DNA of 64,000 nucleotides, taken from assembly GCF_009914755.1 (NCBI RefSeq), contig NC_060929.1. One strand, given 5' to 3'. The DNA is from the human T2T-CHM13v2.0 reference genome, Homo sapiens. The translations under genes were made by a program, and so were the position numbers. The notes under the pieces were generated by a model, which saw nothing but the letters and a program-made list of their open reading frames with translations, did no database searches and had not been told where the DNA came from. Positions 1 through 11,280 of this stretch are shown piece by piece. How positions within the stretch are numbered: position 1 is the first letter of the stretch; each line of letters starts with the position of its first letter.

Positions 1-220
1 AATTAAGTCAAGATGAATTAAAGACTTAAATGTAAAACTCAAAACTATAAAAACCTTGGAAGACAACCTAGGCACGTGCAAAGATTTCATGATGAAGACA
101 CCAAACACAATTGCAACAAAAGCAGCAATTGACAAATGGTATCTAATTAAAGAGCTGCTGCACAGCAAAATAAACTATCAACAGAGTAAACAGACAATCT
201 ACAGAATGGGAGAAAATTTC
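1..220 (+). mobile_element. L1 (L1P-type) ORF2 3' fragment
   Basis: Typical L1 ORF2 sequence (AAAGACTTAAATGTAAAA...ATTGACAAATGG...AAACAGACAA...CTACAGAATGGGAGAAAATT). Paralogous to 43630-43870. Confidence 0.9.
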
Positions 221-720
221 CGTCCTATTCTTTTTCTGGAATTCCACGTAGGCATATGTGAGACTGCATGGAATTTTTAAGATTGTTCCATTGGTCTTGG
301 GTGCTCTGTGTTTCTATCTGGGTGTTTTCAATTGACCTATCTTTAAGTTCAATGAATCTTTCCCAGGCTGTGCCACATTTGCTGATGAGTGTGTTGAAGG
401 CACTCTTCATTTATGTTACTGTAGGGGGTTTTGTTCCTTGAAATTTCATTTGATTCTTTTAGTTCTCATCTCCTTGTTGAAATTTTCCACTTATCTCATG
501 TCTTCACTTTTTCCATTACCGTTGTTAACATCATAGTCATAGTTATTTTTAAATTGCTGTCAGATAATTCTAACATCTCTGTCACATCTGAGTCCAGTTC
601 AGTTGATCGCTTTGTTTCTTACCAGTATGTTGTTTATTTCTTGCCATTTTGTTTGCTTATAATTTTGCGTTTAATGTGTGCATCGTGTGTTGGAAAGTGG
701 AAATAGTAGTTTTCATGCCT
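221..720 (-). mobile_element. Old L1M fragment (ORF1-like region)
   Basis: Minus-strand translation KSAFNTLISKCGTAWERFIELKDRSIENTQIE resembles the L1 ORF1 coiled-coil segment. Highly degenerate. Confidence 0.55.
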
Positions 721-1544
721 GTAAGTAAGCATGCCTTCCCTTATGCTAGGCATTTTTTGTGGAGGTTTGGGTTAATCTACTGAGGATATTGTTTGGATTT
801 GCAGTTTATTCATGCTATGCTTATTCTTGGTGTACCACATGCTTCAGATTTCTCTAACCATATCTTTAGTTTTGGGTGGGGCCTGGTTTTCCTGAGCAGG
901 TTCCTCTATCTGGTCCACACTCAGCTTTAGTTCTCTTATTTGCATTATGCTGTTGAGAGGGTCTGTCTCCCCGTTCTTACAACTTCCTAGCAGCACCCCA
1001 CTGTTACTTTTTATCTGATGCGTGTTAGCTTGGTACTAGGGAGCAGAGGGGACAGTCTCTGTTGTTTTGATTAAACTTCAGTCTTAGGGGGCCCTATATA
1101 CATGGGTCTTGGGAATGTGACCTTCTCAGAACTCTTGCCTTTTCACCATCTGTAGTTCTGTGCTCAGCACATATGCCTGCCTCTCCCTCCAGGAAAAGGG
1201 GATTTTTCCCTGTTCCCTTCCCCCAGCTGCACTGCCTTTGTCCCAGTGCCTAAAGGTGACAATGCTTGTTGCCAAAACCACTTGTATATGAAGGCTTCTA
1301 TTTATCAGGGGAGATAAGAGAGAAGTTCTTGGCTGGTTTTGTACCCCCTCACAGTAGCTACCATTCTCCTCCAGGTCTGCACCATGAAGCATGCTTTCTC
1401 AGGACTCTCACCCATCCTTTTTTTGTATGCCCAGTAGAGTCCGTCCAGAAAAGACTGCAAGAAGATGTGAACTCCCCCTATGTGTGGGAGTATGTGGCTC
1501 CCAGGGGCTCTGCATTCTCCTGTGAACGCACACTCAACACTCCC

Positions 1545-1912
1545 TGATATGGTTAGTCTTTGTGTCCCCACCCAAATCTCATCTTGAATTATAGTCTTCA
1601 TATCAAGGGAGAGACAAGGTGGAGGTAATTGATTCATGAGGGGCAGTTCTCCCATGCTGTTCGTGTGATAGTGAGTGAGTTCTCACAAGATCTGATGATT
1701 TTTAAAGGGGCTCTGCCACCTTCACTCAGCACTTCTCCTTCCTTCTGCCTTGTGAAGAAGGTGCCTTGCTTCCTCTTTGCCTTCCACCCTGATTGTAAGT
1801 TTCCTGAGGCCTCCCCAGCCACGCGCAACTGTGAGTCAATTAAACCTCCTTCCTTTATAAATTACCCAGTCTCAGGCAGTTATTTATAGCAATATGAAAA
1901 CAAACTGATACA
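1545..1912 (+). mobile_element. MaLR solo LTR (THE1D/MSTA-like)
   Basis: TGATATGGTT...GTGTCCCCACCCAAATCTCATCTTGAATT start; ...AAATTACCCAGTCTCAGGCAG...AACTGATACA end; TG...CA termini; ~370 bp. Confidence 0.9.
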
Positions 1913-2189
1913 CCTCCCCAATTTATTAACTCTTCTAACCAAATTCTAACTGGTCTCTGGCTGTGTTTGTTCCTGGTTAGCAAGTGCCATCTTTCCTCAC
2001 AGACATCTTTTTCTCCTTAGATTTTAGACTAGTTGGTTTTCCTGTGACCTCACTTCTCTGAAGTTTTCAAGAAAATCTTGACCTTGCATTTTTTGTTGTT
2101 TTTGTAAGGGTGGAAAATATTGTTCTTTCCAATTCTCTATATCTTGAGGAGACACTAGAAGTCTTTTAATCATATTTTTAGTTTTCTTC

Positions 2190-4010
2190 TTATTGATTTC
2201 TAAGGGTTTGTATATTCTGGATGCATATTATTTGTCAAATATTTGTATTGAAAGAACTTACTCTCAGCTCGTGGCTTCTGTTTTTACTTTTTTGATTGTG
2301 TCTCTTGCTGTACAGAAGTTTCTAAACTTGACAAACGCAATTTTAAAATCTTTTTCTTTTATATTTAGAGCTCATTGTGTCTTGTCTAAGATATTTTTAT
2401 ATACTGTAATTTCCTGGAGATATTCTTTAATGTCTTTTTTAGAAATGCTATGATAGTTTTAGCTTCTGTATAAAAAGTTTATTTTAAATTAAGTTAATCT
2501 TTGTGGTATAAGAAAAAGATTGTAGTTCATTTGTTACTATGTGTTTATTTAATTATTTCAGTACCACTTACTGTAAAAACTTACCTTTGCCTATTTAATT
2601 GCTTTGATACTTTTTTCAAAATTTAATCGACCACATGTATATGATTCTATTTCTGTACTCTATTCTTTACCATTGACCCCTTTTTTTCTTGTTATACTAA
2701 TATCACAATGTCTTTATTTCTGTCTGTTTATAGTAAGTTTTAAGGTCAGATAGAGTTCTCCAACTTTGTTCTTCTCAGGACTGTTTTGGTATCCCAGATG
2801 TTTTGTATTTCTTTACACATGTTAGCATACATTTTTCATTTTCTACAAACAAAGCCTATTAAGATTAGTCTGCATACCAGTTAGGGAGAGAATTGTTATG
2901 TTAATAATACTGAGTCTTCCAGTCAATGAGCATGATATATCTCTCCACTTAGATTTTTTTCAACTTTTATTTTGCATTCAGAGGGTACACGTGCAGGTTT
3001 GTTACATGGGTATACTGCGTGATGCTGAGGTTTGAGGCATGGTTGACACCATCATGCAGGTAGTGAGCATAGTACCCAATAGGTAGTTTTTCATCCCATC
3101 CACCTCTTCCTCCCTCCCTCTTCTAGTAGTTTCCAGTGTCTGTTGTTCCCACCTTTATGTCCATGTTTACTCAGTGTTTAGCTCCCACTTATAAGTGAGA
3201 ACACGTGATATTTGGTTTTCTGCTTCTGTGTTAATTCACTTAGGATAATGGCCTCCAACTACATCCATGTTGCTGCAAAGGACGTGATTTTATTATTTTT
3301 TATGGCTGTGTAGTATTCCAAGGTGTATATGTACCACATTTTCTTTATCCAGTTCACCATTGATGAGTACCTAGGTTGATTCTGCCTTTGCTATCATGAA
3401 TAGTGCTGCAATTAACATACAAGTGTAAGTGTCTTTTTGGCAGAACGATTTATTTTTCTTTGAGTATATACCCAGTAATGGGATTGCTGGGCCAAATGGT
3501 AGTTCTAAGTTCTTTGAGAAATCTCCAAACTGCTTTCTACAGTGGCTGAACTAATTTGCATTTCCACTAACAATGTATAAGTGTTCCCTTTTCTCTGCGG
3601 CTTCACCAGCATCTGTTATTTTTTGACTTTTTAGTAATTGTCATTCTGACTGGTATGAGATTATTTCTCTTTGTAGTTTTGATTTGCAAAAATTTCACTT
3701 AGCAATATCTGGTAATTTTAACTGTAGATGATTTGGACATCTTCTGTTGAATTGATTCCTAAGTATTTTATGCTTTTTATTCTATTGTAAATGAAATGGT
3801 ATTAGTGAATTTTCCTATCATTTCCTATTAGTATTTGTTTTATATTGTGATTGTTTTATATTGACCTTGTATATTGTGACCTTGACAAATTCACTGATCA
3901 ATTGTAGTAGTCTAAACCAACTTTTAGAATTTTCTATATAATAGTCAAGTCATCGGTACATGACAACAATTTAACTTCTTTCTTTCCAATATTAATAACT
4001 TCTAATTTTA
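2190..4010 (-). mobile_element. Old L1M ORF2 fragments interrupted by a younger L1PA/L1PB 3' end (~2955-3690)
   Basis: Antisense L1 motifs. The inner copy begins TTTTTTCAACTTTTATTTT...GTGCAGGTTTGTTACATGGGTATA...GCTCCCACTTATAAGTGAGAAC. Confidence 0.8.
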
Positions 4011-4649
4011 CCTAAGTTAGAGCACTGGCTGTGCCTTTAATTTTAATTGTTTTTATTAAGATGTAACTTAGGTACAATAAAATTTATCAATTTAAAAAGT
4101 ATAATTCAGAGTTTTGACAAATGAATAAAATCCTGTAATCACCACCATAACCATGATATAAAACCTTTCCATCACTCCCCAAATCCCTTAGAGTCTTTTG
4201 CATTTGATTCCCTCCCACTTTAGCCCTGGAGAACTACTGATCTGTATTCTGTCACTTCAGTTTTGCCTTTCCTTGAATATCATATAGAGGGAATTATTTG
4301 TAGTATTTTGTGTTATATATATAACCCTCCTTGGGTTATTTATTTTGTTCAGTGAAAAATCCACCAATAGTTGTATGGCTAGGGGCAAAATAGACATAAA
4401 CCTATTTCTCAACATTCTGGGAGCGTGTGCCCTCAGGGGTCTCGCTACTTATCGTGCAGAGTTTCACTTAATCTCTCTTTTCAATATGGCCTCAGCTGTA
4501 TCTTCTGACCTAAAACATATTTCGTTCCTTGTTCAACATTTACAAAATTAAATATATTATCTTCTTCTAGGCTTTGGTAGGAGTGTTTTTTGGCTGTGAA
4601 TTGTTAGAAGAGGTAATCCAGGAAGCCTAAAAGCTTTAATTTAAAAAAA

Positions 4650-6845
4650 GAATTTGTTATGAATACATAATATTTGCACTTATTTATGGGATACATGTGA
4701 TATTTTTATACAAACATACAGTGTGCAGTGATCAAATCAGGGTAACTGGAATATCCATCCCTTCAAGCATTTATCACTTCCTTGTTGTTAGAAACATTCC
4801 AATTCCACTCTTAGTTATATTGAAATATGTAATAAGTTACTGTTAACTATAGTTGCCCTATTATGCTACTGAACATTAGATCTTATTCCCTGTATCTAAC
4901 TGTATTTTTGTGCTCATTAACTATCCCCTATTTATCCCCTCCTTGCTATTACCCTTCCCGTCCTCTGATAGCCATCATTCTACTCTCTATCTCTAAGAGT
5001 TCAATATTTTTCTTAGCTTCCACATATGAGTGAGAACATGCAATATTTGTCTTTCTGTGCCTGGCTTATTTCACTTAATGTCCTCCAGTTTCATCTGTGT
5101 TGTTGCAAATGACAAGATTTCATTCTTTTTATGGCTGAATAATATTTCCTTGTGTATACATACTACATTTTCTTTATCCATTCATCCACTGATGGATACT
5201 CAGGTTGATTCTTTATCATGGCTGCTATAAATATGAGAGTGCAGATGTATCTTTGATATACTGATTTCCTTTCTTTTGGATATATACTTAGCAGTGGGAT
5301 TGTGGACCACATGTTAGTTCTATTTTTAATTTATTTATTGTTTTGAGGAACCTCCATTCTGTTCTTCACAGTGACTGTACTAATTTATATTCCCACCAAC
5401 AGTGTACGAGGGTTCCCTTTTCTCCACATTCTCACCAACATTCATTATTGCCTGTCTTTCTGATAAAAGTCATTTATTAGAAAGATTGTATCTCATTAGA
5501 AGCTTTGGGTCACTGAGCCTGTTTAATGGTAGGTTTCACTCTAAGGTGATTTTCTGATAAAAGTCATTTATCAGAAAGACAGGGGTGAGATATTTCCTTG
5601 TTTTGATTTGCATTTCTTTGATGAATAGAAATTTCTTTATATAGTTGTTGGCTATTTGTATGTTTCTTTTGAGAAATGTCTGTTGAGATCTTTTGCCCAT
5701 TTTTCAATCTGATTTTTTTTCCTGTAGAGTTGTTTGAGTTTCTTATATATTCTGGTTATTAAACCCTTGTCAGATGGATAGTTCGCAAATATTTTCTCCC
5801 ATTCTGTGGGTTGTCTCTTCAGTTTTTTTGATTGTTTCCTTTGCTGTGTGCAGAAACTTTAGCTCGATGTGATTCAATTTGTCCATTTTGCTTTGGTTGC
5901 CTGTTCTTTTGAGACCTTACTCAAGAAATCTTTCCCAGACCTATGAAATGGAGTGTTTCCCCAATATTCTCTTCTAGTAGTTTCATAGTTTCAGGTATTA
6001 GATTGAAGTATTTAATCCACTTTGACTTGATTTTTGTATCGTGAGAGAGAGGGTCTAGATTCAGTCTTCTGCAAATGGACATCCAGTTTTCCAAGCACTA
6101 TTTATTGAAGAGACTGTCCTTTCCCTAATGTATGTTCTGGGTGCCTTTCTCAAAAATGATTTGACTGTAAATGCATGAATTTATTTCTCGGTGCTTTCTT
6201 CTGTCCTACTGGCCTATATATTCGTTTTGATGCCAGTATCATGCTCTTTTGGTTACTTTACCTTTGTATTATAATTTGAAACCAGGTAATATGACACCTC
6301 CAGCTTCCCCCTGCCCTGGCCTCCCCTCAGGATTGCTTTGTCTATTTGGCTTCTTTTGTGGTTTTACATAAATTTTAGCATTATTTTTCCTATTTCTGTG
6401 AAGAATGTCATTGGCATTTTGATAGACATTGCATTGAATGTGTAGATTGCTTCGGGTGGTGTGGGCATTTTAAAAATATTGTTTCTTCCAATCCATAAAC
6501 ATAAAATATCTTTGCATTTTTTTGTGTCCTCTTCCATTTCTTTCATGAATGTTTTACGGTTTTCATTGTAGACATCTTTCACTTCTTTGGTTAAGTTTAT
6601 CCCTAGATATTTTGTTTTATTTGTAGCTATTGTAAATGGGATTACTTTTTCATTTTCTATTTCAGAAATGCTACTGTTTTCATATGTTGATTTTGTATCC
6701 TGCAACTTTACTGGACTGATCAATTCTAATAGTTTTTTTTTTTTTTTTTTTTTTTGGTGGAGTCTTTAGGCTTTTTTAAATATAAGATCACATCATCTGC
6801 AAGCAAGGACAATTTGACTTCTTCCTTTCTAATTTGGATGAAGGG
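4650..6845 (-). mobile_element. L1MA-type 3' UTR plus ORF2 3' part
   Basis: Antisense L1 3' end at ~4650-5300. ORF track peptides at 6364-6995 (KYLGINLTKEVKDVYNEN..., KEEVKLSLLADDVILYL) are L1 ORF2 RT/C-terminal remnants. Confidence 0.92.
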
Positions 6846-7847
6846 GCCTAATAACTTTTTATAAAATTTTTTAACCAATGTTTTGTTCTCTGTTCTATGC
6901 CTCACCTTGAGAACTATCTGGTACTCTAACTTCTGAACATGTCTTGATTTTATAGTAGGGATTAGATTTCTTCTTATTGGCTTTTCCCATTGCAAATCTA
7001 GGTTTCTGATTTATTAACTCCTCTGTTACTGTTTGTTTACGTGTTCAAGATTCAGTTGACATCACTTCTCTCTTTCTTTTTGTGGGATGATAACCCTGTT
7101 CCTTTTCTGGTCATTTCAGTTGAGTTTTGATAAGAAGTAATGGTACATTTTGTATATTTAATTCCTGTTTCATCTATTTTAATATTTATTAATTTTTATC
7201 TATGTCTCAAATGAAAGTAAGCTGCATGGATTATACAAAATATCCTGTTTTTAAACTTCAATTAATAGCATTTTTACAAAAGTCAATTATGAAAAGCATA
7301 GATGTCAAATGACTAAAATTATGCTGAATATAAAATGAATTCTATAATCACCTCTGTACCATGAAATGGCTTTCTTGCACCATTGTTACCTAAAGTAGCA
7401 GGAGAAAAAAGGCTTACCATCTCCTTTAATGTAACATGCTTGCTTTGGGCTTATGTTGTAAAAGAATTGCTAAGAACAGACAAGCATTTACATGCAGTGC
7501 TGCTGCTGCTGGACTTGCCTCAAAGAAGTGAGAATAAAAATGGCCTAGCAACTATTTCATGCCCATTTGTCCACTGGTCAGTGCAAGCCAAGGGAAACTT
7601 ACTGAGTCAAAGCTAGAATTTAGAGAGCTTTATTATCTTGCTTTGCTTGTGAACTTGATTTTTCAACACGATTAGTGAATCTATTCTCTGAAAAGTAACA
7701 TCACGTGGGCATTTTCAGTCTTTCACCAAACAAGCTAGTATGTAAGTGAATTTGTATGAATTTGCATATACTTGTTATTTGTTAGAGCATTTGTACATTG
7801 AGTTTGTGCTCATCATTATAAAATTATCATGAGGAATAGTTTTTGTA

Positions 7848-9617
7848 CAGTCATGTGTCACACAACATTTTGGTCAACAATGGGCTGCATGTGTAACGGT
7901 GGTCCCACAAGACTAATAGAGTTGAAAAATTTCTGTCACCTAGTGACATCATAGCCTAATCTTACAGTGTAATACATTACTCATGTGTTTATGGTGATGC
8001 CACTGTAAACAAACCTACTGTGCTGCCAGTCATATAAAAGTATAGTGTATACAATTATGTATAGTACATTATACTTTATAATGGTAATAAATGACTATGT
8101 TACTAGTTTATACTATGTTACCAGTAAATACTAGTATAGTATTTACTACACTATACATTTTATTGTTATTTTAGAGTTTTCTCCTCTAGCTATAAAAAAA
8201 GTTAACTGTAAAACAGCTTCAGGCAGGTCCTTCGGGAGGTATTCCAGAATAAGGCATTGTCATCATAGAAGATGACAGCTCCATGCATGTCATTGCCCCT
8301 AAAGCCCTTCCAGCTTTCAGTGGGACAAGATGTGGAGGCGGAAGACATGATATCGATGCCTGTCTCTGTGTAGGCCTAGGCTAGTGTGTGTGTATGTTTT
8401 AGTTTTTAACAAAGTTCAAAAAGTTAAAAAAGTTGTTTTAAAAAGAAGAAAGCTTATAGAATAAGGATACATAGAAAACATTTTTGTGCAGCTTTACAAT
8501 ATATTTTGTATAAAATACCTTGTATTTGTGTTTCAGCTAAGCATTACTATAAAGGAGTCAAAAAGTTTTAAAACATTAAAAAGTTTATAAAGTAAAAGTT
8601 ACAGTAAACTAAGGTTAATTTACCATTGAAGAAAGAAACTATTCTAAATAAATTTAGTGTAGCCTAAGCATACAGTATGTATAAAGTCTAAGTAGTGTAA
8701 TGTCCTAGGCCTTCATATCCACTCACCACTTACTCACTCACACGGAGCAACTTTTAGTCCTGCAAGCTGCATTCATGGTAAGTGCCCTATACAGGTGTAC
8801 CATTTTTTACCTTTTATACCATATTTTTATTGTACCTTTCCTATGTTTAGATATGTTTAAATACACAAATACTTATTGTTGTGTTACAGTTGCCTACAGC
8901 AGAGTTCCCAACCCCCAGGCCATGGGCTGGTCTGTGGCCTGTTAGGAACTGGGCCACACAGCAGGAGGTGAGCTGCAGGCAAGCAAGCAAAGCTTCATCT
9001 GTATTTACAGGGGCTCTCCATCTCCCACATTACTGCCTGAACTCTGCCTCCTGTCAGATCAGTGGTAGCATTAGATTCCCGTAAGAGCATGAACCCTATT
9101 GTGAACTGCACATGCAAGGGATCTAGGTTGTGCACTCCTTATAAGAATCTACTGCCTGATGATCTATCACTGTCTCCCATCACCCCCAGATAGGACCGTC
9201 TAGTTGTAGGAAAACAAGCTCAGGTCTTCCACTGATTCTATATTACGGTGAGTTGTATAATTATTTCACTATGTATTGCAATGTAATAATAATAGAATTA
9301 AAGTGCACAATAAATGTAATGCACTTGAATCATCCCAGAACCATCTTCCCCACCCCCTGTCTGTGGAAAAAATTATCTTCCAAGAAACTGGTCCCTGGTG
9401 CCGAAAAGGTTGGGGACCGCTGGCCTGTAGTATTCAGTATAGTAAAATGCTGTACAGGTTTGAAGCCTAGGAGCAATTGACTATTCCATCCAGCATAGCT
9501 GTGTAGTAAGCTATACTATCTGGTTGTGTACAAGTACACCCTATGATGTTCTTACAACTGCATCGCCTAAGGATGCATCTCTTCAACTTCTCACCGTGGT
9601 TGAGGGATGCATGACTA
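7848..9617. mobile_element. Tigger3/Golem derivative (Tigger3b/MER7-like, TcMar DNA transposon)
   Basis: TA|CAGTCATG...GCATGACTA|TA terminal inverted repeats with TA duplication; ~1.24 kb once the nested MER1A is removed. Confidence 0.85.
8900..9422. mobile_element. MER1A (hAT-Charlie) nested in Tigger3
   Basis: CAGAGTTCCCAACC...GGTTGGGGACCGCTG termini; 523 bp; imperfect 8-bp TSD GCCTACAG (8892-8899) / GCCTGTAG (9423-9430). Confidence 0.88.
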
Positions 9618-11077
9618 TATATATTTTCAATTTCCAATCAGCTAGGAATCACATTCCTGTAACTACTTGATTGGATATTTTTGGTTGTTTGTTCACCAGT
9701 ATAGCAGGCAGGCTTTTAAGAATAATAAATCCATAAATTAGATTAAAATATTGGACCATATTAATGGTTGGTGCTATCAGGAATGGAGACTTACTAGGAA
9801 GAGTTTAGCGCATGTTGGGGGAAACTCAGGAAAAAAAAAAAGGCCAAAAGTAACACCTGTGAAGTAAGGTGAAAGCGCCTGGAGCTATTTAGCCAGAAAT
9901 GAGTTGTGGTATAATAACTGTCATAGATATGTATCAGAACATGACTAATTGTTGTTCGTCTTTGCTGAAATCTGAAAAGAAAAAAGTTCAAGGGTAGTTT
10001 AAGTGATGTATGTTTAATACTGAGAAGAAGAGCCATGACAGCTGATGGACAGGACATAAGAATGCTTATCATGGGATACATCTCTTGGGAAGAGAAAAAG
10101 GGCTTTTACATGTAGCAGTCTTCCCTGTCATGAATGAGGACAGGTCCTGCCTTAAGGCAGAGGGTTTACTAGTTGGCTTCCACAAGGCCCTTCTAGAACT
10201 GTAATTCTGAGCCACTTCAGATGCTGAGATTGAACTCGACACAGCCAAGTATCTCCTCTTTTAGGAGCTCCAGCAGTGCCGAGGAGGCAGTGCCACCAGC
10301 AGCGACGACAGCATTTATTCCAACTGAAGACTTCACTCAAAGGTGAGTCAGGTCAGTGTGGACCTGGGCGCTTCCTTTTCCTCCAGCTCTCACTGGGTCC
10401 AGGCACAGGAGCCCTGAGGGATCGGCGACCACAGTACTCCCTCCCCGGCCACCAATATAAGCTTTGACAGAGGATGGCTGGTTAGCTGGTGCTAGGTGGG
10501 AGGGACTCGCCACGGAGACGCGCTCAAGGAGGGATGAGTTGCGCCACCACCACCTAGGTCCCTCTCTCGCTATCCGGCGGGGCCGCCCGGACCCAGGTGC
10601 TGCCAGGGTACGCCTGGCGCCCGCCATCCCAGAGCAGCGTCCCGCTGCGCACGGTCTCCCTCCAGCTCCGGTCCCCGCGGGAGGGCGCGTGGGATGATGC
10701 GCGGGTCCTTGTGCCTTCCCCAAGCTCCAGCATCCGGAGCCGCCCTAGCCGGCACCGCGGCAGCCACAGCCTGGGAGAGAGAAAGGAAAGAGGGAGGGCG
10801 GCGGGAAAGGCTCGGCGCGGGAGGAGGGCGGGTGAGGAGGGAAGGAGCGAGGGGGAGGGAGCCTCTCTCCTCAGCGGTGCAGCTAGTCTCCCTCCAGCGG
10901 GCGGCGACTCCGGGTTCCCCCTCGCGCCCTCTCGCAGAGGCTCGCCCCCTTCCCCGCCCACCGTCCCTGCGAGCGCGGGCGGCGGCGGTGGGCGTGTGCG
11001 CGCGTGAAGGACGCCGCCTCTCTCTCGCTCCTGCGTTCGCAGGCGGCGGCTGGCGGCCGGCTTCTCGCTCGGGCAGC

Positions 11078-11098
11078 GGCGGCGGCGGCGGCGGCGGC
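11078..11098 (+). repeat. (GGC)7 repeat in CAMK4 5' UTR
   Basis: Read directly from the sequence; ends 21 nt before the ATG. Confidence 0.95.
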
Positions 11099-11119
11099 TT
11101 CCGGAGTCCCGCTGCGAAG

Positions 11120-11280
11120 ATGCTCAAAGTCACGGTGCCCTCCTGCTCCGCCTCGTCCTGCTCTTCGGTCACCGCCAGTGCGGCCCCGGGGACCGCGAGC
11201 CTCGTCCCGGATTACTGGATCGACGGCTCCAACAGGGATGCGCTGAGCGATTTCTTCGAGGTGGAGTCGGAGCTGGGACG
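11120..11280 (+). CDS. CAMK4: Calcium/calmodulin-dependent protein kinase IV, first coding exon (53 codons + 2 nt)
   Basis: Translates MLKVTVPSCSASSCSSVTASAAPGTASLVPDYWIDGSNRDALSDFFEVESELGR, the CaMKIV N-terminus leading into the Gly-rich loop. Canonical donor CG|GTAAGG at 11281 (phase 2). Confidence 0.97.

Noticed and set aside
6364-6995. Two minus-strand ORFs with reverse-transcriptase-like motifs
   Set aside because: Broken L1 ORF2.
10337-11246. Several long overlapping ORFs (up to 200 aa) on both strands in the CpG island
   Set aside because: These are low-complexity Arg/Pro/Ala/Gly translations expected from stop-poor GC-rich DNA. Only the CAMK4 frame has recognisable protein sequence.
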